In this document: in pieces, positions 50,753 through 59,493 of the stretch
Position numbering within the stretch: position 1 is the stretch's first letter
How the letters are laid out: the number at the start of each line of letters is the position of its first letter
Assembly: GCA_963735805.1 (NCBI GenBank)
Contig: CAVTMK010000002.1
Coordinates: forward strand, 1,216,001 to 1,280,000
Direction: 5' to 3'
DNA length: 64,000 nt
DNA from: an uncultured Verrucomicrobiae bacterium
Lineage (GTDB): Bacteria > Verrucomicrobiota > Verrucomicrobiia > Chthoniobacterales > UBA10450
Translations under genes and position numbers: made by a program
Notes under the pieces: generated by a model
The model's database searches: none
What the model was told of the DNA's origin: nothing
What the model saw: the letters and a program-made list of their open reading frames with translations, nothing else

Positions 50753-51273
50753 CTTCTCAACTCGTAGCGATTCACGTATTGTTCGTAGGCGATGAAGCCG
50801 GGAATGGTCCTATACCGGCGTACGAACGCGAATCCGAGTTTTTCTAACACTCGATTTGGAGCAGGATTCTCCGCCGAAGGTTCACAAACGAGTTTTTGCA
50901 GATTGAATCGTTCGAAGTAAAACTTTGCCGATCGGCGCACAAATTCAGTCCCTAAACCCGCTCGCCTCAATTGCGAATCCCACAAATGCAAGTGTATAAA
51001 AGCCTCGGTGCCGGGGATGATCTTATTGATGCTTGAGTGGCCGATACGCCGTCCTCGAAATATCCAAACTAGATAGAAACGGTTTCTTTCGCTGTCTGGT
51101 TTGTCATGGTCGACTAAGAGCGCACCAAGCCATTTGTCTCTTTCAGGAAGTTTGAAGCGGTCTACGCCCATCCCGCGTAGAAATGAATCATCGGCTTTAT
51201 GAAAGTAATCCACCATTAGCTCGTATTCTTCCCGGCTTGAAAACGGACGGACATCTATCTCAACTCCCGTCAT
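50707..51273 (-). CDS. GNAT (RimJ/RimL-like) acetyltransferase (cassette)
   Basis: HLHLW...RRAGLG, N.APNRVLEKLGF; start MTGVE; C-terminus runs into the attC. Confidence 0.85.
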   Translation of the reverse strand: MTGVEIDVRPFSSREEYELMVDYFHKADDSFLRGMGVDRFKLPERDKWLGALLVDHDKPDSERNRFYLVWIFRGRRIGHSSINKIIPGTEAFIHLHLWDSQLRRAGLGTEFVRRSAKFYFERFNLQKLVCEPSAENPAPNRVLEKLGFAFVRRYRTIPGFIAYEQYVNRYELRRPNQSMEPTAGRSDV

Positions 51274-51276
51274 AAG

Positions 51277-51386
51277 ACCTAACGAAAACCCAAGATCAGC
51301 GATCGGCCAAGCTAGAAGTGATGTTCGCATTTTCTCAAAACTAGGCATAAGGACGGTCCGCGGTTCGCTGCATCGCGTCGTTAGGT
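51277..51386. other. attC
   Basis: ACCTAAC..GATCAGCGA / TTCGCTGCATC..GTTAGGT. Confidence 0.82.
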
Positions 51387-51848
51387 CTTGGCGAGCACGG
51401 CCTCGACGTCCAAGACAAACCCAGGATGGAAGCCAATATGTTTGGCTTTGCCCCACCAGCTCGCGCCACCCGGCGTTGTGAGCAAGGTGCCCAGGAGTGC
51501 GCCAGCTGTCGCTTCGAAAGTCCCCTTCGGAAAGATTCCGCGCTGCGTTCTGTCCCAAATGTGAAAAGCCGCCCAGGCGTTTTCCTGCAACATCTGCTCC
51601 AATCGAAGCTGATCGGCCGCGTCCAGCGGCCTCTTCCCATGAAGACCGGCAGTCATCAACTCCGCGATGTCGCGATGCTTGGCGATGGCCATGCGGATCA
51701 CGGTCCATTGCTCCATGGTGGAGTTGTGTTCGTTCCGCTGAAGGGCGGCCGTATTTTGTTTGATCTGTAAAGCAACAAAGATCAAAGAAGCCACCACGGC
51801 CACCGAGGCAATAATTTGTGCGAGATAGGATATTTGTTCGAACGACAT
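51381..51848 (-). CDS. Hypothetical protein (cassette)
   Basis: AQIIASVAVVASLIFVALQIKQNT; stop in R box. Confidence 0.75.
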   Translation of the reverse strand: MSFEQISYLAQIIASVAVVASLIFVALQIKQNTAALQRNEHNSTMEQWTVIRMAIAKHRDIAELMTAGLHGKRPLDAADQLRLEQMLQENAWAAFHIWDRTQRGIFPKGTFEATAGALLGTLLTTPGGASWWGKAKHIGFHPGFVLDVEAVLAKT

Positions 51849-51867
51849 CGGTTTTAACGTTCCGTGG

Positions 51868-51990
51868 ACCTAACGAAAGTAAGATCAGCCACCGCTGGCG
51901 AGGGTGCGCATGGCGGCGGGAGGAAAGGTTGGAGTCACGGAAACCTTGTTCGTACGCCGGCCAACGGTTGGCTGCATCGTTTGGTTAGGC
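51868..51990. other. attC
   Basis: ACCTAAC..GATCAGCCACCG / CGGTTGGCTGCATC..GTTAGGC. Confidence 0.9.
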
Positions 51991-52964
51991 TTTTCGTGAT
52001 CCATGCTTTCAACCGCCGCGATTGCCGCTTGGACGGCAACTGGATCAAGTGTGAGTGAGATGTGGTCGATCCCCGGGAGAACTGTAACAGGAACATCTTT
52101 GCCAGCTGTCTTGAAAACGGCTGCAAACCGATCGGCGTACGACACGTCATCGTTTTGACCGACGAGCACCCGAAGGGGTTGCCTAATCGCTCGGATGTTT
52201 GCCTGGTAATCGCGCTCCGGCCTGAAGTTCTGCGCGAGGGCGAAGGAATATTGCGGAGTGAGCAAGCCCTTGTCCCTCTCAGCGACCGCGAATCTGACCA
52301 CCGGCAGGTCGTCGAATGCGTGCACGCCAAACCCGTTGAGCACGGCGATCGCGATGATCCGCGGAACTCCCACGGTAGCCCAGCCGCCGTTACCCGGACG
52401 CAACGTTGCTGCGTCCTGACTGATCCAGGGAGAAAGAAGAAGATAGTTGGAGAATAGTTCCTGACGTGGACTGCCCGCGAAGCGAAGCACAAATCCGCCG
52501 CCGGAAGAGAATCCGGCGAGCGTGCAAGGCTGAGCCAATTTGGTCGAATGGACAAAATCTTCGAGGTCGTCCTCCAACTGTCCGATATAGGCGATGTGGC
52601 CTTTGGTGCCTGATTTGCCGTGTCCGCGGATGTCCAGCGTGTAAGCTGCATAGCCAGCGGCGGCAAATCCCTTGGCCATCAGGTGCATGCTGCTGCTACT
52701 GGCAGAGGAGCCGTGCACGAGCACCACGCTGCCTTTGACCGCGTCACCGGCAGTCGGGTAGGCTCGAAAGGCGAGTTTGGCGCCATCGCGAGCCGTAAAG
52801 TAACTGAGTGCCGGTAGATCGGAGAAATCCACGTTCTTGAAAGGGTCACTAATGCTCGACATTGGCGACGGCGGCTCGCCTGGTCCGCCAAGTGCGATCG
52901 CGAACCCAAGGGCCGTCACAAGAACTACGACAACAATAAGGGTGGTGATGAGAAAACGCTTCAT
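51885..52964 (-). CDS. Alpha/beta hydrolase (cassette)
   Basis: LVHGS, DIRGHG.S, GFSSGG; reads through the attC. Confidence 0.88.
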   Translation of the reverse strand: MKRFLITTLIVVVVLVTALGFAIALGGPGEPPSPMSSISDPFKNVDFSDLPALSYFTARDGAKLAFRAYPTAGDAVKGSVVLVHGSSASSSSMHLMAKGFAAAGYAAYTLDIRGHGKSGTKGHIAYIGQLEDDLEDFVHSTKLAQPCTLAGFSSGGGFVLRFAGSPRQELFSNYLLLSPWISQDAATLRPGNGGWATVGVPRIIAIAVLNGFGVHAFDDLPVVRFAVAERDKGLLTPQYSFALAQNFRPERDYQANIRAIRQPLRVLVGQNDDVSYADRFAAVFKTAGKDVPVTVLPGIDHISLTLDPVAVQAAIAAVESMDHEKPNQTMQPTVGRRTNKVSVTPTFPPAAMRTLASGG

Positions 52965-52971
52965 GCAGTAA

Positions 52972-53094
52972 GCCTAACGAGAACAAGATGAGCGACCGTC
53001 GCCGAGAGCGAAGATGATTCGCAGCAAAGCGCGGTTCGCTATACGAAAGCCGAACATGCAGCCGGTGACGGTTCGCTCCATCTGCTGGTTAGAC
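52972..53094. other. attC
   Basis: GCCTAAC..GATGAGCGACCGTC / GACGGTTCGCTCCATC..GTTAGAC. Confidence 0.9.
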
Positions 53095-53289
53095 GGCGAC
53101 TTGTTCGAAGGACACGTGTGGAATGTCCTCTACCCTTGTGCGAGCGTGCTCAACGGTAATCCCGCAGATTTTGCCCTCCGCGTCCAGATCAAGGAGTGTG
53201 TCCTCATCTAGGTCCCGCGTCTCCGCCACGTCTGCGCTGCGAAACTCGATGTAAAGCGTGTCAGTGTCTTGAAAGTAGCGAATCTTCAT
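53089..53289 (-). CDS. DUF2283 family putative antitoxin
   Basis: MKIRYF.DTDTLYIEF, LLDLD.EG.ICGIT.E. Confidence 0.85.
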   Translation of the reverse strand: MKIRYFQDTDTLYIEFRSADVAETRDLDEDTLLDLDAEGKICGITVEHARTRVEDIPHVSFEQVAV

Positions 53290-53522
53290 GGGCGAAATGA
53301 GCGGTCAAAAAATGCATTATGCACGGTTTCGCGGTCGGGAAGAAGTATAACCCGCAAGTAGCGGCCGTCCATCTCGGCGATCGGCGCCCAGCGGCGAATC
53401 CGGCTATCGCGCTGTATCTGCTCTCGAACGCGATGCGCAACAACACGCTCGATCCATTCCAGGCGAATCGCTGCGCGATCTGGGCGTTGGCGCATGTGCT
53501 CGAAATAGCGTGTGAACCGCAT
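53286..53522 (-). CDS. DUF4258-like putative toxin
   Basis: MRFTRYF..MR.RPDR..I..EWIE, YLRVILL.D.ETVHNAFFDR; ATGA overlap with DUF2283 gene. Confidence 0.75.
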   Translation of the reverse strand: MRFTRYFEHMRQRPDRAAIRLEWIERVVAHRVREQIQRDSRIRRWAPIAEMDGRYLRVILLPDRETVHNAFFDRSFRP

Positions 53523-53566
53523 TCCTTCAGACTGGCGCAGACGTGGATCATACGAAAGATGAAGCC

Positions 53567-54132
53567 GTCTAACGAGAAAGAGAATGGAGCCCGCGGGAAT
53601 GGAGTCGCTGGGATGCGAGCGACATGGGTGGGCAAACCTGAGAGGGTGAGGCTTCCGGGCATGAAGCCGAATCAAGCGGTGTGACATGGACGGGAAGCCC
53701 GAAGGGTGTTTTCGCGGGAAGAAAACATCATAAGCCACGGCTGGCGTTGAACAACAATACGGCGGGAGTGCGTGAGTGCGCAGACACAAATCGCACTAGG
53801 GAATCGGGCCGCTTTGCGGCAAACCAAAAAGCAGGTAACAAAATCGATGCACTAGCGGGAGCGTAAGCCGGGCACCTGGATGAAATCCAGGGTGTCGTGG
53901 CAAACACCCTAAACTTATTTCGAAATGGGGCCAGCCTGCTCGCGAATGGAGCCGCGGGACGGCAGCGACATAGATGGGCAAACCGAGAGGTCGAATGAAG
54001 CTTAACGGAAAAGCGACATAGAAGGTAAAACTGTGAGGGAAGCAGCGAGCGAGTCGGGGAAGGAGCGAGTTTCAAATGAGCGGGAGCGAATGAGTCAAAG
54101 CTTTCGGAGTTGGCTTCATGGATTGGTTAGGC
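53567..54132. other. Giant attC (566 bp) with multiple nested inserts
   Basis: GTCTAAC...GTTAGGC; inserts at 53584-53730 (nested 53599-53674), a central insert, and 53946-54097. Confidence 0.85.
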
Positions 54133-54139
54133 GACTGGT

Positions 54140-54607
54140 TTAATAAACACATGATGCAACGAGAAGAATCAGAGCGATAACCAAAAAGACGACCCGGATG
54201 GCATGAAGCAAATCCCAGCGTCGGCGCAAGTCTCGCCAATTTGGTGGCACAGAATCCGGCTGCCAGCGGGCAACCTGGTTGTTGATAGGAACGGGCAAGA
54301 GCACGGAGTAAATACTTATGAGCGCCAAGAGCACCGTCGAGGCGAGTGCCAGCCACCACGGCGCGCTCCGTGCCGTGTGCGCAACGAAAGTCACTGCGAG
54401 GGCAAGCAGAAATGTAAGCGGATACCAGAATGACATCACCGTGCCGAGCGTCTTCGCCAATGTCTGAGCAGCTCGGATATGCACAGAGTCCTCAAGGCGG
54501 CTGATACGAGGGTGAAAGAAAACCGCCACGGCAAGCTCGCTACCGGTCATCGTCCCCGCGACCACAATGGCGGCGATCTCAAGAGCGTGAATGATGTCGG
54601 GATTCAT
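54140..54607 (-). CDS. DUF1772/anthrone oxygenase-like membrane protein (cassette)
   Basis: VPINNQVARW..P.NW...RRRWD.LH.IR. Confidence 0.82.
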   Translation of the reverse strand: MNPDIIHALEIAAIVVAGTMTGSELAVAVFFHPRISRLEDSVHIRAAQTLAKTLGTVMSFWYPLTFLLALAVTFVAHTARSAPWWLALASTVLLALISIYSVLLPVPINNQVARWQPDSVPPNWRDLRRRWDLLHAIRVVFLVIALILLVASCVY

Positions 54608-54628
54608 AAATTCACATAAACGCGAGTC

Positions 54629-54770
54629 GCCTAACGAGAACAAGATGAGCGACGGCGGACCCGCCGCGGCGGGTAAACTGTAGCGCGCGTCGCTCGCAGT
54701 AAAAGAGTGGAAGTCATCTCAAAAGTGGAGCGCACAGCGGTCCGCCGTTCGCTCCAGCGCATGGTTAGGT
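54629..54770. other. attC (142 bp)
   Basis: GCCTAAC..GAGCGACGGCGGAC / GTCCGCCGTTCGCTC..GTTAGGT. Confidence 0.9.
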
Positions 54771-56225
54771 CTATTTGTGTCGCTTCTCAAAAGACCTCTC
54801 CCAAGCAGCGAGACTCGGCGGAGTAGCAGTCGGTGTAGGCGTAGGGGTAACTGTCGGAGTTGGGGTTGGTGTCGCAATGGGAGTTGCTGTAGGTGTGGGA
54901 CTGAACGGAGGCGTCGGACGAGGGTGCGGAGTTGGACGCGGTCTCGGTGTCGCTCTAGGTGCGGGCGTAGGCGTCGGAGTGGGCGTTGGGGTTGACCCAG
55001 GAGTGTACAGTTCCGCGCTCGCACCAGCACTAAAGCTGCTGTATTCTCCTGCTGCAACAAGGACCGTGCCGTTAGACAGCAACGTAGCCGGGTGAAAAAA
55101 GCGTGCTGTGTTTAGGCTCCCCGTCACAGTCCAGGTCCCAAACGGAGGGTAGTACAGTTCCGCGCTCCTAAGGACATCGAAGCCGTTTACTCCCCCTGCA
55201 AGAAGGACCATGCCGTTAGACAGCAAGGTCGCCGTGTGAAGATAGCGTGCTGCGTTTAGGTTCCCCGTTACAGTCCAACTCCCGCTCGCAGGATCGTACA
55301 GTTCCGCGCTAGAGAGGACGTCGGAAGGGGTAAAAGTTGGGCCATCATGTCCTCCGGTAACAAGGATCATGCCGTTGGGCAGCAATGTCGCTGTGTGAAA
55401 AGCGCGTGGGGTGGTCAGGCTGCCCGTCACAGTCCAGGTCTCGCTGGCGGGATCGTACACTTCCGCGCTCGCAGAAGCATTGAAAGTGCCATCAAATCCC
55501 CCTGCAACAAGGACCATGCCGTTGGGCAGCAAGGTGGCCGTGTGAGCCTCGTGTCCTGAGTTTAGGCTGCCCGTCACAGTCCAGGTCTCGCTGGCAGGGT
55601 CGTACAGTTCCGCGCTGTCGAGATGATTTAAGCTATCTATTCCCCCTGCAACAAGGACCATGCCGTTGGGCAGCAAGGTGGCCGTGTGATAATAGCGTGC
55701 TGTGTTTAGGCTGCCCGTGGCAGTCCAGATCCCACTCGCAGGATCGTACAGTTCTGCGCTGTCGAGAGGAAAGCCAAGGGTATCAACTCCTCCGGCAACA
55801 AGAAGCTTGCCGTTGGGCAGCAAGGTGGCCGTGTGAATATAGCGTGCTGAGTTTAGGCTGCCGGTGGCAGTCCAAGTCCCACTCGCAGGATCGTACAGTT
55901 CTGCGCTGGCAGAAGCATTGCTCCTGCTATCAAATCCCCCTGCAACAAGGACCATGCCGTTGGGCAACAAGGTGGCCGTGTGAGCAAGGCGTGCCGTGTT
56001 CAGGTCGCCGGTGAGAGTCCAGGTCTCGCTCGCGGGATCGTCGCCGGTAGACAATGTCGCGAGTGGCCCCGATCCCAAAAGCAGCGGGGCCGCGACCGCA
56101 CTTTGCTTGGTTGCGGCTCGCTGCCCGAGCGCGAATGGGATCACGCAAACGGCTACAGGCAGAATCAGGTAAAGGGCACGTCGAAGAAGATGGGCTTTAA
56201 CCGAGGGGTTAAATTGTTTTTTCAT
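54771..56225 (-). CDS. Kelch-repeat secreted protein with Pro/Thr-rich tail (cassette)
   Basis: Seven HTATLL.NG.VLVAGG...SAELYDP...W..TG.L repeats; PT tail. Confidence 0.9.
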   Translation of the reverse strand: MKKQFNPSVKAHLLRRALYLILPVAVCVIPFALGQRAATKQSAVAAPLLLGSGPLATLSTGDDPASETWTLTGDLNTARLAHTATLLPNGMVLVAGGFDSRSNASASAELYDPASGTWTATGSLNSARYIHTATLLPNGKLLVAGGVDTLGFPLDSAELYDPASGIWTATGSLNTARYYHTATLLPNGMVLVAGGIDSLNHLDSAELYDPASETWTVTGSLNSGHEAHTATLLPNGMVLVAGGFDGTFNASASAEVYDPASETWTVTGSLTTPRAFHTATLLPNGMILVTGGHDGPTFTPSDVLSSAELYDPASGSWTVTGNLNAARYLHTATLLSNGMVLLAGGVNGFDVLRSAELYYPPFGTWTVTGSLNTARFFHPATLLSNGTVLVAAGEYSSFSAGASAELYTPGSTPTPTPTPTPAPRATPRPRPTPHPRPTPPFSPTPTATPIATPTPTPTVTPTPTPTATPPSLAAWERSFEKRHK

Positions 56226-56237
56226 TTTGTGAATCCC

Positions 56238-56654
56238 ATCTAACGAGAAAGAGATAAGCCACGGCTATCGTTGAACAACAATACGGCGGAGTGCGGAGTG
56301 CGCAGACACAAATCGCACTAGGGAATCGGGCCGCTTCGCGGCAAACCAAAAAGCAGGTAACAAAATCGATGCACTAGCGGGAGCGTAAGCCGGGAGCCGA
56401 GACGAAGTCGAGGGTGTCGTTGCAAACACGCTGGACTTATTTCGCAATGGGGCCAGCCTGCTCGCAAATGGAGCCGCGGGACGGCAGCGACACAGATGGG
56501 CAAACCGAGAGGTCGAATGGAGCTTAACGGAAAAGCGACATAGAAGGTAAAACTGCGAGGGAAGCAGCGAGCGAGTCGGGGAAGGAGCGAGTTTCAAATG
56601 AGCGGGAGCGAATGAGTCAAAGCTTTCGGAGTTGGCTTCATCGATTGGTTAGGC
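56238..56654. other. Giant attC (417 bp) with nested inserts
   Basis: ATCTAAC...GTTAGGC; inserts 56266-56410 (145 bp) and 56468-56619 (152 bp, nested 56517-56596); remainder is 120 bp. Confidence 0.88.
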
Positions 56655-56665
56655 GACTTGCAAAG

Positions 56666-57247
56666 TCATTTCTTAGAATCGGTCTCAGTGCCCTGAACTT
56701 GAAATCGACTTATAACATCCACTACAAACCGTTCCGAGAAACCTGCGACAAAAGACCAGAATGCGAGCTTCGCATAACCACTAAAATCGGTGTGGACATG
56801 AGAAATGATTAAATAGTTCTGCCATGTGATTCCTTTATCCACATCGGAATCCAATTCAAAAGTCGGAAAAAGGGGGCTCGACACCAACTGTGAGAGGAAT
56901 AGCATATATAAGAGCAATGCAAGTATACCGCCTACGAGGGGGGCGAGTGCAACATAAGCCCATGACGTCTCAAGTAATTCAAGGTCGTCTTCCCCGAACT
57001 GTTTGAGCCGACGTTGAAGGCCGACAAATCCGCCAACTGCTCCCACGATCATGCACAATACTGGAGTGGAAGGGACAGGTGTCTCTGCTTTTCCTTCAAA
57101 CCACACGCTGCAGAACATCAGCACTCCTCCGACAGTTAGTAAAATTAGGAGTGCAATCAGAAGCCGCCTACTCACAAGACGAACGGTGTCTACCTTACGT
57201 TTCTGCAGGACCGCGTCATTTGCTTCCGAGAGGTGAGGTAAAGTCAT
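56666..57247 (-). CDS. Hypothetical membrane protein, AT-rich (cassette)
   Basis: GAVGGFV and FVAGFSERFV motifs. Confidence 0.75.
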   Translation of the reverse strand: MTLPHLSEANDAVLQKRKVDTVRLVSRRLLIALLILLTVGGVLMFCSVWFEGKAETPVPSTPVLCMIVGAVGGFVGLQRRLKQFGEDDLELLETSWAYVALAPLVGGILALLLYMLFLSQLVSSPLFPTFELDSDVDKGITWQNYLIISHVHTDFSGYAKLAFWSFVAGFSERFVVDVISRFQVQGTETDSKK

Positions 57248-57254
57248 AAATGGG

Positions 57255-57350
57255 TTCTAACGAGAAAGAGATAAGCCATGGCAGGGTGCTATGGCAATCA
57301 CACTGAACTTATTTTGCCAAGGGGCCGTTGGCTTCAGCGATTGGTTAGGT
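57255..57350. other. attC (96 bp)
   Basis: TTCTAAC GAGAAAGAGATAAGCCATGGC / GCCGTTGGCTTCAGC..GTTAGGT. Confidence 0.9.
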
Positions 57351-57818
57351 CTGTTGCTGTGCATCCTTAGTGTATCGGAAGTAATGATCGCGAATGTGGA
57401 GCAACCAGACAAGCATAGCAGCAAGAAATGCGAACTGGAACAAATCGCCGATGAATTCTACCGGCCAAGAGTGAACACGCGGTTGATAGCGCGCGTATCC
57501 ACTGAGGCGAAGAATCCAGTAGAGTAGAAGCGTGAACGGCACCCACGCTACGACGAGATGCCACGCCAAGCGAGACTTGGATTGGTAAAGGACGAAAACC
57601 ACTAGCGCGACGGAAATCTCGATGATGGTGACAACATCGAACGCACGATGGAAAACAAACGGCTCCGTCAAACCGACAATGACAGACATGACTGCGACGA
57701 TAGCAACGAACCGTAGCGGATTTCGGGGCGCTTTGGGGTCGGCGGGCGAGTAATCGCCATAGCGCTCTCTTTGCCAAAGCTGAAACCGATAGCTGAATCG
57801 CTCGATGAGCTCGCGCAT
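57345..57818 (-). CDS. Hypothetical membrane protein (cassette)
   Basis: Start MRELIE; four hydrophobic segments; stop in R box. Confidence 0.7.
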   Translation of the reverse strand: MRELIERFSYRFQLWQRERYGDYSPADPKAPRNPLRFVAIVAVMSVIVGLTEPFVFHRAFDVVTIIEISVALVVFVLYQSKSRLAWHLVVAWVPFTLLLYWILRLSGYARYQPRVHSWPVEFIGDLFQFAFLAAMLVWLLHIRDHYFRYTKDAQQQT

Positions 57819-57962
57819 AGACCTAACGAGAAAGAGATAAGCCACGGCAGGGTGTCGTGGCAAGGTTTTATGCGTTCAACCATCGGGGTCTCTGTCGGCT
57901 AGAAAGTGTTTTTAGGTGTCAGGCGCGGAAGGCTCACGTAGTTTCGCAAACTTTTCCGTTGC

Positions 57963-58487
57963 TTAGAATTTTTTAAACTTCGCGGTTGCCGCGGCCTTTT
58001 CGGCCGCAATCGTTGTGTCGAGATATGTCTTCGTCAAAATATGAAGTCTACCTCGAACTTCGTTGTAATCAGCGAGAGTCGAACTCATCGAGATTTCGCC
58101 GAGCATCCAGCGCTGTCCTTTCGAGGAATACATGGAATGGCCGCGCGGAATCTGCTTCCATTCTTTCCCCTGCGCATTTGCCTGCAGGAGCGTCTCGACT
58201 TCTGTGCGATCGATTTTTGCGTGCGGTTTGGAATAATATTCGGACTCGCTGACGCCATTAAGAAAACTGACGATGACAACGATGCCGTCGGACTTGTACA
58301 TCTTCTTCACTGCAGGCCTGGGCGGCTCGGTGGCGGTGAATATTTTAACAGGCTTCCCATAGCGCGCCTCGATTTGCGATTGGTTCTCGCCGATTCGGGC
58401 GTTCGCCGACGACCAAATAAAAAGCGTAGTAAGCAGAGCGAGCGATCGGGGGATAGTTTTCACGGCGCGCATTGCATCAGCGTTCAC
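57963..58487 (-). CDS. Hypothetical secreted protein
   Basis: Signal peptide; ARIGE...IEARYGKP; LLQAN..G..W. Confidence 0.7.
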   Translation of the reverse strand: MNADAMRAVKTIPRSLALLTTLFIWSSANARIGENQSQIEARYGKPVKIFTATEPPRPAVKKMYKSDGIVVIVSFLNGVSESEYYSKPHAKIDRTEVETLLQANAQGKEWKQIPRGHSMYSSKGQRWMLGEISMSSTLADYNEVRGRLHILTKTYLDTTIAAEKAAATAKFKKF

Positions 58488-58734
58488 CGCAAAAATCGAG
58501 CAAAAACCTACGGTTTTGCGCGCCGCTGCAACGAACTAACGCTTTTTAGTCCAGGGCTTCTTTCTCGCTTCCGCGAGACGTTTGGTCCGCTTCTGAATTT
58601 GGGCGGGGCTGTAATGCTTGGGCTTGCCGCGCGCGAGCCTTCCGAGTTGCTGGGCCGGTGCTTTTTCGTTTAAGAAAATTCTGCGGTGAAGCAGAAGCGG
58701 GAACTTCGACGTAATTTCGCCGGATAGATTTTTA

Positions 58735-59028
58735 ATGATTACTCATATCAAAAGAACAATTCTGATCGCAATCGCTGGCGTCATGCCAACGTTCGCCGGC
58801 TTCGCTCAACAACTAAGGCCGATGGCAGAGTCGGCGGTGAACACTCCGAATGCTGTGAACAGTTGGCAGTTTATTTCGACCGCACTCGGCCCGTCTGTCC
58901 CTGCCGGATGGCAGCTTGTTGGTATCGAAGGAGTCATCTACCAAGGTAACTCCATTAATCGGTGGCAGGTGTATCTCTACAACCCGTCCACGCGACAGAC
59001 TGCCGGATGGCTTGTCCAAATCAATTAA
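58735..59028 (+). CDS. Small secreted protein
   Basis: Signal peptide; GPSVPAGWQLVG and LYNPSTRQTA.W. Confidence 0.6.
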   Translation: MITHIKRTILIAIAGVMPTFAGFAQQLRPMAESAVNTPNAVNSWQFISTALGPSVPAGWQLVGIEGVIYQGNSINRWQVYLYNPSTRQTAGWLVQIN

Positions 59029-59133
59029 ACAGCGAAAGAATCCGAAAAAGCGCCCGTCCCTGCCCACCGTGACAAGCCTGCTGAGAGATTGCTTCGGGCC
59101 GTTCTCGCCTGCCTTGACGCTGTTCAGTCGATA

Positions 59134-59147
59134 TGTTCGTATGAACA
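59134..59147. promoter_or_regulatory. Candidate LexA operator
   Basis: Perfect TGTTC-GTAT-GAACA palindrome 3 bp before ATG 59151; matches the TGTTC-N4-GAACA motif described for Verrucomicrobia LexA. Confidence 0.65.
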
Positions 59148-59150
59148 GTT

Positions 59151-59486
59151 ATGCGGGCTGCACGCCTTCAAAATGCACTGGAACGCCTCACGGCAGCGAT
59201 CCGTAATGTCGAGTCCGAGCTTGCGGCGATGAAAGCCGAACAGGATCCGCTGGCGTCGCACATCTTTGTTGCGCGCCGCCATTATCGGAACGTCAACGAT
59301 ACGAAAAGCGGTAAGCGCCGCGAGATGACGGCCCGGTTGAGCTTCGATACTGCCTGCGAACTCGGTTTTCGCGGTAGCCTCGATGAATGGGGAGCGCCTG
59401 ATGGGAGCAGTCGCGAAGCGGTGAAGTCACCGGAGCGGCGCGCGGTTCGTCGCATCGCCTGCGTTAGGCTCAGTAGGTGTTCTTAA
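59151..59486 (+). CDS. Small helical hypothetical protein, possibly frameshifted
   Basis: Removing one G at 59389-59392 gives ...DEWERLMGAVAKR* ending at 59424, before the attC arm. Confidence 0.55.
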   Translation: MRAARLQNALERLTAAIRNVESELAAMKAEQDPLASHIFVARRHYRNVNDTKSGKRREMTARLSFDTACELGFRGSLDEWGAPDGSSREAVKSPERRAVRRIACVRLSRCS

Positions 59487-59493
59487 ACTGGAT

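Noticed and set aside
50707..51708. 333-aa ORF spanning an attC and another gene
   Set aside because: The N-terminal part overlaps the 51381-51848 cassette in another frame; the real gene probably starts at 51273.
55000..56040. ~150-bp DNA tandem repeats
   Set aside because: Explained by the Kelch repeats of the encoded protein.
48420..56597. Three repeated ORFs starting MKLAPSPTRSLLPSQFYLLC (48420, 53728, 56265)
   Set aside because: They are translations of the giant attC inserts, with TTG starts, variable ends and no recognisable domain; treated as non-coding shadows.
53567..56654. Group IIC-attC intron as the source of the attC inserts
   Set aside because: No reverse transcriptase, no recognisable domain V, and the inserts are far too short; only a covariance-model scan could exclude remnants.
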